Assembly (NCBI RefSeq): GCF_037042905.1 | Contig: NC_087252.1 | Coordinates: forward strand, 18,478,001 to 18,542,000 | DNA length: 64,000 nucleotides | From: Lytechinus pictus | Lineage: Eukaryota | Direction: 5' to 3' | Notes under the pieces: generated by a model | What the model was told of the DNA's origin: nothing | The model's database searches: none | The model's input: the letters and a program-made list of their open reading frames with translations, nothing else | In this document: piece by piece, positions 12,515 through 24,134 of the stretch | Position numbering within the stretch: the stretch's first letter is position 1 | Layout: each line of letters starts with the position of its first letter | Made by a program: the position numbers and the translations under genes

Positions 12515-14489
12515 TCTGTAACGTTGGCGAAGAACAATAGAAAACAAGATGGCGGCGTAAACATTGGGCAAGTCTCTTCCGTCTAATCATGATATTTTTC
12601 GCATTTTTTGGAATGAATTTCTTCTTCAAAAATAACGACGAGAGCGTAGAAATGTTGGAAATTAAGTTTTATCCCATGTACATGATTTAGGTCTAACGTT
12701 AGGCTAGATCTTTTAGAAGGAAAGTAGAAATCTCGGGGCCGGGGGTGAAAGTTTCAAGTTTTGGCTTCCTCTGTGTGGGTATATGAGAAAGGATCCCTGG
12801 CTTCATATGAGAGTGACCTTACGAAGTTACGTTAGTAAATGATTTTCACTCTCTAGAAGCCGCCTGGCTAGGCCTACAGCCATTCCCGATCACGATATTT
12901 TGAAAAGTGGTGGATATATTGACTTCAAATGTGACTGAGAGACTTGTCATGACATTTGGGAACAAATATTGGTGATGAGGTATGCTGGTATTAATCGGCC
13001 GGTGCGAAACTGCATTAGCGCCCACCCCTGACCTGGCTACAATCATGACAATACAAACATCCTCACCGCCGCCATCAATATACTACTAACTTAGCCAGCC
13101 GTTGGCCGTCCCCGGCCGCGCACACCGCAGATCAGCCCCCACCCGATAAGCGATCGGGAACAACGGCAGTGCAGTGGCCGTACGGTAATGATTAAAAAGT
13201 CGAAGAAATTTAAGTGCATGCCGCGCCAAACTACGAAAAATTGATCTAACTTACTGTTTAGCCTGTTGTGTGAATGTCTTAAGAAGTCGTTGTCCGAATC
13301 TGATCCATATTCTGTTAGTTTTTGTTGAAATATTGACGGCCTTCTTCATCAAGCTTCGGGTTCAGCTGAGCAGTTACGAACGTTTTTTTTCAAATGGCGG
13401 AACCGGAAACACGTATACGGTACAGTCCGTGCGTTTGTACGGGGAGCTCGGAGGGGGGGGGGGGGGGTCTTACTTTTTACTTGGCAACCAGACAATTTGA
13501 CTATTTTCGCCATCATTTATATATCATATTATTAACGTAAAGGAATTGAATAAAGTAAAATTCAAATATTTATTTCTTCTTCCTTTCTTTTTCTTTTCTA
13601 TGTCTTTTAATTTTTTTCTTTCTCTTTATTCTTTTTTTTAATATAAGGATAGGATTTAAAAACATGTCTCACAATTTTACTGAAAATATGTTATATAGGC
13701 CTACTAGTATGCAAGTAGGATGACAAAGAAAGCAATGAGGAAAATCACAGCTCCAATCCTATGTATTTTTAATTTTATTTCTTTTCAAAAACACACATTT
13801 TATCCTTTCTTGCGATCGAAGGAAAGATCCCTTTATAAGGTTCAAGTAGTAAAAGAAAATAATCTTAGATCAAGTGCCGGCAGGGTATTTTGATAAGGGG
13901 TGGAGGAGCAAGACAAGCAAATATAAAGATACCATTTTGAAGCGAAACATAAGAAAAGATAATAACTTTGCCAACGAGGTAAAAAATAATATGATATCGG
14001 TTGTGACACTTTAAGGATGGAAAATAGTTTGAAAATATATAGATACAAACTTCATACAAATTAGAAAAAAAGAAGCAAAATAAACTGCCATCATATGTGA
14101 ACAGAGATACAAGATTGTTCTTGCAATTAAAAAACATATTTACAAACTATATATAGCTTCGCATCATAAAAATAGATTGAAAATATCCAAATTTATTTGA
14201 TTTAAAAAGAAATAGATATAAACCAGCCTGGCTAACATATTGCAAGGTGGCAAAGATATAAACCGGGGATATAAAGCAAAAAATAGGCCTTAAAATGGAA
14301 ATTAAATATCCTATTTTTAGTTTATCCTATTCCACCTGTAAAAAATATTGTGAATAGGAGAACAAATATTGAAGTAATTTTATTTATAATAATATATTTG
14401 TAAGAAAATAGGTCCTTTTTACTAAAAAAAAATAAATAAAAAAATAGATGGGAAACTTGGAAAAATGTATTTTCTCGCAATAAAAACTT

Positions 14490-15082
14490 TAAGGGGCCAG
14501 AATCGCATTAAAACTTGGTTATGAAACGTGTAAAACAAAATCTTAGATAGCATTTTAACTGAGATTTATTTTTTAATCAACATTCAACGCTGAACTTTCT
14601 TATGTTAATTGTTTATCAATATTTTGTGAAAACAGATAGTGTGCACATCGTCATGAATATTCATTTGGTGGGCTGATGATGTGACATTCCCATTTTTCTT
14701 TTTTAATGTTAGATATGAAATTATGATTATCTATTTTTTCAATACATGTGTAAATAATGTGTCCCCATTGTAAAGTTGCTGCATTAAATAACTAATGCGG
14801 TTAATTAGTCGTCATTCCAATTGTTTAAGTTCTTGGTAGAAATATGTTGAATAAATCTAATTTCATATATTGTACAAAAGAACATGGGATATGACATCAT
14901 CAGCCCACCTAATGAATATTCATGAGACATGCCTAAATAAAACTGTTTCATGGGAATATTGCAAATCCTTAAAATTCAACTTAACTTCGTTATTTGTCAT
15001 CCGATTTTGAATAAATTTTAAGCATTTTGTTTTGTGAATTTTACTCTATTTATTGATTATCTCTAGCGTTGACCTCCCCTTC
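14490..15082. mobile_element. Degenerate Kolobok-like MITE
   Basis: Internal IR gaatattcatttggtgggctgatgatgtg / catcatcagcccacctaatgaatattc; decayed ttaagggg...cccctt ends. Confidence 0.4.
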
Positions 15083-16958
15083 AATTATTTTCTTGTATTG
15101 TTAGAAAGAGATGGATGAAGTAGAATAATACGTTCATGCTTATATTTTTATTCATTACAATATCTCTTTGAAATTCAACCCGGCTTCCTCACAACCATTA
15201 AGCTCTAAGAGTGTTAGGTGTGTCCTGTATATTTCAACACGTACCCTTTTAAATATAGTCATTTTTTTATTATTCATCCTGTTTTTTATGAAAAATAAGT
15301 GGCGAACAAACAAAACAAAAATGATAATTGAAATTTAAAAGAGCGCATGAAAAAGAAATAACCCTGAAAACGAACAATAGTCCTCAAAATATAAGTTGCC
15401 TATTTTGGGGTCGATAATTTTTCGCATTTTTCAGTTCGCGCTTTGCTCCTAGTTTTGATCTAGTACGTATAGTACCCTTTCTCGTAGAAATAGAAGCTAT
15501 CAAACTTAAAACCTCTGAGTCTCAGTAGGCATAACCCCCCCCCCTCGCTGATATAGACCTACACAATGGGACAGGGTGAAATATAATTTTGAAATAGGGC
15601 CTATATGTCACAATCTAGCTATCACAAAATTAAATTTTCATATAAAAAATTGTACTTTTTAAAATGAATGGTGCCCTTTTAAGCCATATGGCCTTCTAAA
15701 AATATAAGACTCAATACGCTACTGACCTCTCCCGAAACTGAAAAAAAGATAAATCCCTCACTGGAAATAAAAAAATTAGTCTGTGGTACAAACAGGGCTT
15801 CCATACAAGTACTGAAGGAAACTAATTTTTTCATGTACTGTACCACAGAAAATAAACCAGTAGCGTCTGTGATACAGTTTCAGTCATATTTCTGGGGTGG
15901 CTGCATGAGAAGTACCGCAGGAAATTTTGAAAGTATAGCACTGGGGTTGCCATAGAATTTTAGAAGTGCCTATATTGAGTCCTGCAGGAAATTTCAAAAT
16001 TTTCATTTACCACAGAAGTATCACAGGGTTTTCATAGAAGTGTCTTTAATAGGATCGAGTACTGCAGGAAATTTCAAAATGTTCATGTACCACAGAAGTA
16101 TCACAGGGTTCCCATAGAAGTGCTTAGTAATAGGAGTACTGCAGGAAATTAAAAAAATTTTCATATACAACAGAAGTATCGCAGGGTTGTCATAGAAGTA
16201 CTGCAGGATATTTTAGAATTTTCATGTACAACAGAAGTACGACATAACTATCACAGAGTGATATTGTATACAGTTATGTACAACAGAAGTATTACACAGG
16301 TACGACAGAGTACCATTAAGGTATTGCATGAAATTTTCATATTTTTATGTACCACAGAAGTAGAACTATCACAGAGTGATACCACAGGAGTCCTGTAGTA
16401 ATTCCTTATACAGTTTTGTACAACAGAAGTATCACACAGGTACGACAGAGTACCATTAAGGTATTGCATGAAATTTTCATATTTTTATGTACCACAGAAG
16501 TATGACAGAACTATCACAGAGTGATACCACAGAAGTCCTGTTGTAATTCTATATACAGTTTTGTACAACAGCAGTATCACACAGGTACGACAGAGTACCA
16601 TTAAGGTATTGCATGAAATTTTCATATTTTCCTGTACCACAGAAGTATGACAGAACTATCACAGAGTGATACCACAGAAGTCCTGTTGTAATTCTATATA
16701 CAATTTTGTACAACAGAAGTATCACACAGGTACGATAGAGTACCATTAAGGTATTGCAGGAAATTCTCATATTTTCCTGTACCACAGAAGTATGACAGAA
16801 CTATCACAGAGTGATACCACAGAAGTCCTGTGGTAATTCTGAGGTACCGTCGTGTATGACAGAAGTATCACACAGGTACAACAGAGTACCACTAAAGTAC
16901 TGCAGGAATTTTTTGTAAGGGCAGTATACTAATACTAACCTGGCAATACGTGTGAGTG

Positions 16959-17426
16959 TAACCCAGGGAGCTCCGGCCCGCTGCGCGGGCCGGAGCCCAG
17001 GGGCTTACCGTGTAATTCACCATACCCACGGTAGTAGCGTGAAGTATGGTCTAAATATTAAATAATTATCCGAATAAATAGTTAAAACAGAAATTAAGCA
17101 CTTACCACGATTATATGGATGAAGGTCTAACGAGTGGCAGCTTCCTGACATCGAGGCACAGACTGGAACCTAAAAAAACGAAAAGTTCTGTCGCGGTAGC
17201 TCTTTCAGAATTCAAAACAAAATGGCCGATTGAGACCTCGATGTCAGGAAGCTGCCAATCGTTAGACCTTCATCCATATAATCGTGGTAAGTGCTTAATT
17301 TCTGTTTTAACTATTTATCCGGATAATTATTTAGACCATACTTCACGCTACTACCGTGGGTATGGTGAATTACACGGTAAGCCCCTGGGCTCCGGCCCGC
17401 TGAGCGGGCCGGAGCTCCCTGGGTTA
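16959..17426. mobile_element. Young palindromic MITE (Academ-like ends)
   Basis: ~195-bp near-identical arms (16959-17156 / 17236-17426); TAACCCAGGG...CCCTGGGTTA; 3-bp TSD GTG; GC hairpin at each end. Confidence 0.85.
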
Positions 17427-18589
17427 GTGTTGGTGTTGTGACAACACCGTACTTGAATCAGGCTGGTGTTAAGATTGACCTCGGAAAATATGGTGTATTT
17501 CCGGCAGTTTGTGTTGAAGGCTGGTGTTGATTGTCATCTGCTGAACCCAACACTGCACTGTGGCTGCATGGTGTTGATGATGTACAAGCAATTTCCCCAT
17601 TCAGCAACACCGACGTACCCCAGGGATTGGGAGAATCGTGATTTAAAGTTCAGTGTTGGTGTTGATGAACTGTAGCTATTACGAACAGGGGGCGAACACG
17701 ACGAACCATCTCCGTAAAATTATCTTTTACATTTAAGATGAGAGCAAATCATTAGAGTTTTAATACATTTCAATGAAAAATAATATTACGCTTGGTGTTG
17801 GAGCTCAGTTCAGCAGCCCTTTCACGCACTCAACACCGTACACCGTACTTGAAATCACCCAAATGACTTGCTACCTGGCATTCCTGCCTTATTTATTATA
17901 CGCTGCCTTGAATTGACTTGGTCGGTCCTGCCTGGCCTAGCCTGGACCGAGTGTTTTCCAACTGCAGTCAAATCTGTAGTTGCTATGTGAGGCATGCTAC
18001 ACTTGACGCTGAAATATCATTTAATAGTTATGGCACGAGCGAGACTAGGCCATGGCCATGCATATTGAGATATCAGTTGACTTCTATCTTAACAAAAAAG
18101 AGGCACTCTTTAGTTACAGTAGGCAGTAGCTACGTTACTCTGAGTGAGGCCAAGTTACGCGACCTCCTTTTTTGATTTTGTAAATACTGAGAGACTGCAA
18201 TTACACATGTGAGTTTTTGTGATGATTACTGACGTTGCAATTGGCATTGCATACCGAGTCATTAAACAATTGTAGACAGAAACAGAGATTGCAACTCGCA
18301 AGAAAATGTAATACATCTTAATTTTTATTACATATGCATATGTTTTTTTGGTATTAGTCTTGTTTGAGAAAAAGAGGATGTCAAAAAAGTTTGAATGCTA
18401 CAAAGGCCTCAATAAATATCACACGTAATTATCTTGATTTCTCTTAATTATGTGAAGAGACTTGTAACAGAAAGAATGAAAAGAAATGAATAGCTGTAAT
18501 AATAGTTGTAATGTTTTTTGATAGAATCATGAACAGATTACAGATGATGATGGCACAGTGTTGAAAACTGTTTGATGGAGATGGCGCAT

Positions 18590-19810
18590 CGTTGGATTTG
18601 TTTAGAATTAGACCAACAAAGAATCAACGTTACAACAACATTTAACCGATATTTGACAAACATTGAATCAACGTTTACGCCAACGTTGGACTAACATTGG
18701 ACTAAAGTTGAATCAACTTTCCATCAACATTGGACCAACATTATACCAACGTTGGATCAACGTCACCCAACGTTGGACCAACATTGGACCAACGCTGCCA
18801 TACCTGCCTCATCTGGACAATGATTATGCACTCATGAATATTCATTACATCAGTAAATGACCAAAATTTTAGGTAATATTGCTATAATAATTAGAGTATT
18901 TATGTTTATTCAATATTTCCACCATGAAAAGTTTCAGAAAAGTATGTGGCTCCATTACCATATCATATATAATCAAAACATATTATTCTAAGTGAAATAT
19001 TCAAGGTTAAGTGTGGAAAATGATATTAACTGTATTCTGCCAAGTATAGCAAAGTTGCTCTATATATAGGAGTCAATGACAGGTTACAGTGGATAGGTGT
19101 AGCATGATAGGAATAGGATATAGGATTAGGATGTAGGATTTTAGGATAGGATAAGACATATGATGATAAAGATTTGAGTGTAGAGTTGTAATGGTGGACT
19201 TCACCTTGAAACCAATTAATGTTTTGTTAATTACTGCCATACGTTGGAATAACGTTGGAGCAATGTTGGAGCAACGTTGTGACAACGTTGTAACAATGTT
19301 GGAGCAATGTTGCCAGACAACGTTGGAGCATTGTTGCTGGACAGCGTTGAACCAACGTTGTAAACATAGTTGGACTGACGATGTATGCAAGTGCACGTCC
19401 ATCGCTGCTTCAACGTTGCCCATCAACGTTGCAGCAACGCTGTTATTGATGACTCAGCCGACATTATACCAACGTTGGAGCATTGATGGTGGACAACGTT
19501 GAACTGACGTTGGAAATGTTGTTGGTCTGACGATGTATGGACGTGCACTTCTATCGATGATACAACGTTGCTTACCAACGTTGTAGCAATGTTGTATTTG
19601 TCTATTTAGCCAACATTGGATCAACGTTGCCAGACAACGTTGAAACATTGTTGCTGGACAACGTTGAACTAACGTTGGAAATGTTGTTGGTCTGACGATG
19701 TATGCGCGTGCACTTCTATCGATGATGCAACGTTGGCCTGCCAACGTTGAGGCAACGTTGGGAAAAAAATTCCCAACGTTGATCCAACGTTGGTCCAACG
19801 CTGTATTGTT
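18590..19810. repeat. Right subterminal AACGTT arrays of the 17.3-kb element
   Basis: caacgttg repeats at ~18590-18800 and ~19240-19810. Confidence 0.85.
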
Positions 19811-20452
19811 ACCTGGGTAAACTTGTCAGACCACAACCTGTCAGATGCTGAAATCTCTCTTCTCTCAAAAGGCCTTTCCTTTTGCCCAACACCATCACAG
19901 ATCGACCACTTTCAACTACAAGCAGACCTCAACGAATTAAAAAGAAAGATGTACCTGAAAGTCTACTTTTCATCCAAACAATCACAGGCAGATCAACTCC
20001 ACTCATCGAACAGAGTGACACACTGCAAACCATCTTTCACAGAGCCCCGATGACATCCTTCCGCCGAAGTAGATCACTACGCGACTTACTAGTAAACGCT
20101 AAATCACCACAAATGGAAACAGAAAATCACAACAGAAACAATCAAACACATAATCATAACACCAGTGACACGACATGCACCTTTATCACAGACATGTCAA
20201 CACCAGAGCTAGGGTTCTACAAATGCAAAGGAAAAAAAATGTTCACTCCACCATCACATCCAAGAAACAACGACATTCACAAGTTCAGTCACTGGACAAA
20301 AATTCAACATACGCGATCACATAAACTGCAAATCCTCATGGGTCATCTACCTCCTAACATGCACTAAATGCAACATGCAATACGTCGGAAAGACTGAAAC
20401 AACACTATACACACGACTAAATAACACTAGATCATAAGTAACCAATTACAAT

Positions 20453-21437
20453 AACAAGTGGAATGCCTCTGGCCGTCTCACCTGCATCACGCGATTCAAT
20501 ATAGCAGCAGTGCTGATTTTGAAAACTACTATAACTCGCACAAGATGTTCAGTGATACTTGGTTACTCTTATTTCCACGTTTTATGAACTAGACCAATAC
20601 ACTTATAGAGATATGATGGCAATTCAACAAATACCCCCAACGTGGCCAAAGTTCTTTGACCTTACATGACCTTTGACCTTGATCATGTGACCTGAAACTC
20701 GCACAGGATGTTCAGTGATACTTGATTACTATTATGTCCAAGTTTTATGAACTAGACCAACACACTTTCAAATTTATGGCTGTAATTCAACAAATACCCC
20801 AATTTGGCCAAAGTTCATTGACCCTAAATGACCTTTGACCTTGATCATGTGACCTGAAACTTGCACAGGATGTTCAGTAATACTTGATTACTATTATGTC
20901 CAAGTTTCATGAATCAGATCCATAAACTTTCAAAGTTATGATGGTAATTCAACAGATACCCCCAATTCGGCCAAAGTTCATTGACCCTAAATGACCTTTG
21001 ACCTTGGTCATGTGACGTGAAACTCATGTAGGATGTTCAGTGATACTTGATTAACCTTATGTATAAGTTTCATGAACTAGGTCCATATATTTTCTAAGTT
21101 ATGATGACATTTCAAAAACTTAACCTTAGGTTAAGATTTTGATGTTGATTCCCCCAACATGGTCTAAGTTCATTGACCCTAAATGACCTTTGACCTTGGT
21201 CATGTGATATGAAACTCAGGCAGGATGTTCAGTAATACTTGATTAACCTTATGGCCAAGTTTCATGAACTAGGTCCATATACTTTTTAAGTTATGCTGTC
21301 ATTTCAAAAACTTAACCTCAGGTTAAGATTTGGTGTTGACGCCGCCGCCGCCGCCGCCGTCGTCGCCGTCGCCGCCGCCGCCGCCGTCGGAAAAGCGGCG
21401 CCTATAGTCTCACTCTGCTATGCAGGTGAGACAAAAA
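20453..21437 (-). mobile_element. Helentron-associated HINE/DINE-1-like element
   Basis: Sub-TIRs GTCTCACCTGCA / TGCAGGTGAGAC, short internal IR, (GCC)n microsatellite, ~120-bp tgacctttgacct tandem repeats, T-rich ends without TSD; interrupts the PLE endonuclease. Confidence 0.8.
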
Positions 21438-21895
21438 CAAACCTAACAGCAAAACCCTCCCATACACCATACATTTTAACCTTCCCGGGCATACAGTACA
21501 CAACATTAACATCACTGCCATCGAAATAGTAAAAAACAAGAAACACGACACCATCATGAAAAGGGAATCTCATTGGATACACAAACTCAAAACATTAAGA
21601 CCACGTGGTATAAACGCCGACCAATAAACGACCCCCGTCACCCTTTAATGAACTCACCCCTGCACACCTGACCTCACTTCACACTTAACTTTACTGTCAA
21701 CAACACACTATACTTACGGACCCTACGGTAACTATATATTCTATACTTCGTACGTATTGACTTACCATTACCTTGCATGTATAATTGATTATTATTTATG
21801 GACTATAATTACTTATCTCCATTATATATTGCATTGCATTGTATTTACCATTGTTATTAGTAGGCCTATATTTTGTATTTTATATATTGGTTTAG

Positions 21896-21929
21896 ATCCT
21901 AATGAAGGGCATGTGCCCGAAAGCTTGAT
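21896..21929 (+). ncRNA. Degenerate PLE-type minimal hammerhead ribozyme
   Basis: ATC-CTAATGA-A-GGGC(ATGT)GCCC-GAAA-GCT-T-GAT; core has A in place of conserved G5; sits in the PLE 3' region. Confidence 0.55.
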
Positions 21930-21973
21930 GAAGACGGGTATTGACCTTGCTATGGCCCTCTCCATACTATTGA

Positions 21974-21976
<3 letters not shown>

Positions 21977-22060
<84 letters not shown>
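21977..22060. repeat. (TA)n microsatellite (others at ~27115-27225, 27330-27393, 27583-27609, 28222-28268, 30925-30946, 44124-44190)
   Basis: Direct reading. Confidence 0.95.
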
Positions 22061-24126
22061 CACAACAAAAAAGTAAGTCCCCCCTTGAGCAAACATCAAT
22101 AATTTCCGAACCAATGCGAGTTTTTGATATATTTTTACATGAGCGTGTAGGTAATTTTTTAAGCTACCATCTGAGTAAATGTTATGGGCGTATTTTACGT
22201 CATACTTCAGTGAGCACCGTCAGAAGGCAAAAATGTAACATTTCAAAAGTCACAAGCCAAATATCATGACATTGAATCCATTTTATTGGAACTGATTCCA
22301 CATTCTCATCATGAAAAATAGTCAGAAGGCTTGTAAAAGGTACTTTCTAAAAGACGATACAATTTTTTGGGCTAAATTTCACGGTTGAATAAACACAAGT
22401 CCGAATTTGCTATAATTGGATTTTTTACACATTTTTATCGATAAAAATGATAGAATATTATGACAGTTATTTTTGGGAAGAGTATCTTCAACAATATTCA
22501 TCGTTTCACGGTTCAATGAACATTTATTGAAAACAAAAAATACGATTTTCAAATATCATAGGCAAGTATTGTTTCATTCAGGTAACTGAAACTGATCTTT
22601 TATCAACTTTTTCGTTATGTTCATGACCAATTAACATGCTTCAATGATTCAAAGGCGTTTAATTAAACATTCACGCTTGAATGAACATGTGGAATGTGAT
22701 TAGCTCTTTTTTACGTTATTGGAAAAAATGCAATTTGTAACTATGGATATCTGTCACAAACGTCCTTGCATGGTTCATTTGATTTGATTTTTATGAAAAT
22801 CCCGATGTTTAATGCATCAGTGAGCACACAATATTCGACAATTATGCAAATGAGAAGAAAGTTCAAGGCCTTGGCCCCACTCTGTGCCGTATAGAATTGT
22901 TATTTTGGTGTGCGTGCCTTTTGGATAGTGTTACTCTGAAGCCATGTGCGAAGTTTCATTAAATAACTGTTGGCAGAAGTAACAAAAACCGTCCATGAAA
23001 CAAACTCTTATTTCATATTTGTTAAAATCATGACTTCCTCTCTCATAGACTTGTGTACATTATGGGTGCATATGTTTAAGAATAAGTAACCCCTTATTCA
23101 ATATGGAGGAACTTTTTTTCAAGGCTGTCTTTAACAGTATAATTTGGCAGTAATGTTTATCAACCTATGGGCAGAATTCTGTGCAAAAATGAAATCGATT
23201 TGTTTATTTATGGATGAGTGAGCACGCATCAAAGTGGGAAAATTTGTATTTTCAATGTCACAGACTCATTTTAAAGGGTAATAAGGTGAATATTGGGGAC
23301 AATTCGGTTTCAAATGTGACTTTGATTGCTGTTGTTTTTATCATCCATCATTTCTATCACCACACACTTTCCGAACTTTTAACATTTTCATGGTTGAGCG
23401 AGCACATTCGAAAACTTAGGAATGAATACTCTTCATACTGCATAAATGTATTCTTTTTCTGACAATTTCTCATGATCAGGTTAATTTATGGACAAATCAG
23501 GGGTGGATCCAGAATTAAAAAATGGGGGAGGGGCCTATAATCGGGGGAGCCACCAACATTTTCAAATTTTAATATGACCTAACAAGTTGTAGAGGATACT
23601 ACCAAAGACCCCTATGATGATACGTCACCATACAGGGGCCGCGGAACGGTTTTCAAAGTGTGCGGGAGGGGCTTAGCCAAAAGTTGGGGGGGGGGGGGCT
23701 GACCATGACATTTTCACATTTTTGTACATGCTTTTGGAAAAAAGTGCGGGGGAGGGCCCCAGCCCCCACCCCGCTTCTTCGGCCCCTGCAATATTGTGCT
23801 CACTCAACCATGAACATACGATATCAAAATTGTGTGTGGAGTGGCTAAATGATGGATAGTAAAACAGCATTATTATCATCAAATTCACCTAACAACAACT
23901 TTTGCCCAACTTTGTATTTGCAAAATCTGAAAAACGACTCTTGTGACTTTTAAAAATGGAATTCAATCTTTAATTACTCATGCATGACTCAACCGATCAA
24001 TCTCATTTTTCCCTAGAAGTTGCTTAATGAATGTAGAAAATTACCTACGAAATATCATATCTCAAAATAATTCCGTTCAAAAGTTACAGCAATTTGATTT
24101 AGGGGGGACTTACTTTTTTTGTTGTG
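22061..24126 (+). mobile_element. TA-inserted non-autonomous TIR element, copy 1 (Tc1/mariner- or CMC-like)
   Basis: TIR CACAACAAAAAAGTAAGTCCCCCC / GGGGGGACTTACTTTTTTTGTTGTG, TA flanks; full-length homologue at 28269-30926. Confidence 0.85.
23633..23788 (+). mobile_element. Small MITE nested in both copies of the 2-kb element
   Basis: CAGGGGCCG...CGGCCCCTG ends; same position in copy 2 (~28617-28784), so inserted before that family amplified. Confidence 0.65.
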
Positions 24127-24134
24127 TATATATA

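Larger units (their letters stand above)
5177..16921. mobile_element. 11.7-kb CMC/EnSpm-type element nested in the 17.3-kb element
   Basis: TIR CCCTTACAAAAAATTCCTG...CAGGAATTTTTTGTAAGGG; 2-bp TSD CA (5175-5176, 16922-16923); agtactacaggacagtatcacagg-type subterminal arrays at ~5190-6210 and ~15780-16910. Confidence 0.85.
2517..19817. mobile_element. 17.3-kb CMC/EnSpm(CACTA)-type non-autonomous element, including nested inserts
   Basis: TIR CCCAGGTAACA...TGTTACCTGGG; TA TSD (2515-2516, 19818-19819); AACGTT-rich subterminal arrays at both ends; excision restores the PLE frame. Confidence 0.85.
19820..21970 (+). mobile_element. Penelope-like element, internally deleted (no RT), with frameshifted GIY-YIG endonuclease
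   Basis: NLS..LS..E..LLSKGLSFCPTP motif, then directly IFHRAPMTSFRRSRSLRDLLV, INCKSSWVIYLLTCTKCNMQYVGKTE and, after the HINE insert, HFNLPGH...KRESHWIHKLKTLRPRGINADQ* (stop 21625-21627); 3' hammerhead-like motif. Confidence 0.9.

Noticed and set aside
21757..22269. ORFs containing YIYIYI runs (also ~27226-27579)
   Set aside because: (TA)n microsatellite read-through
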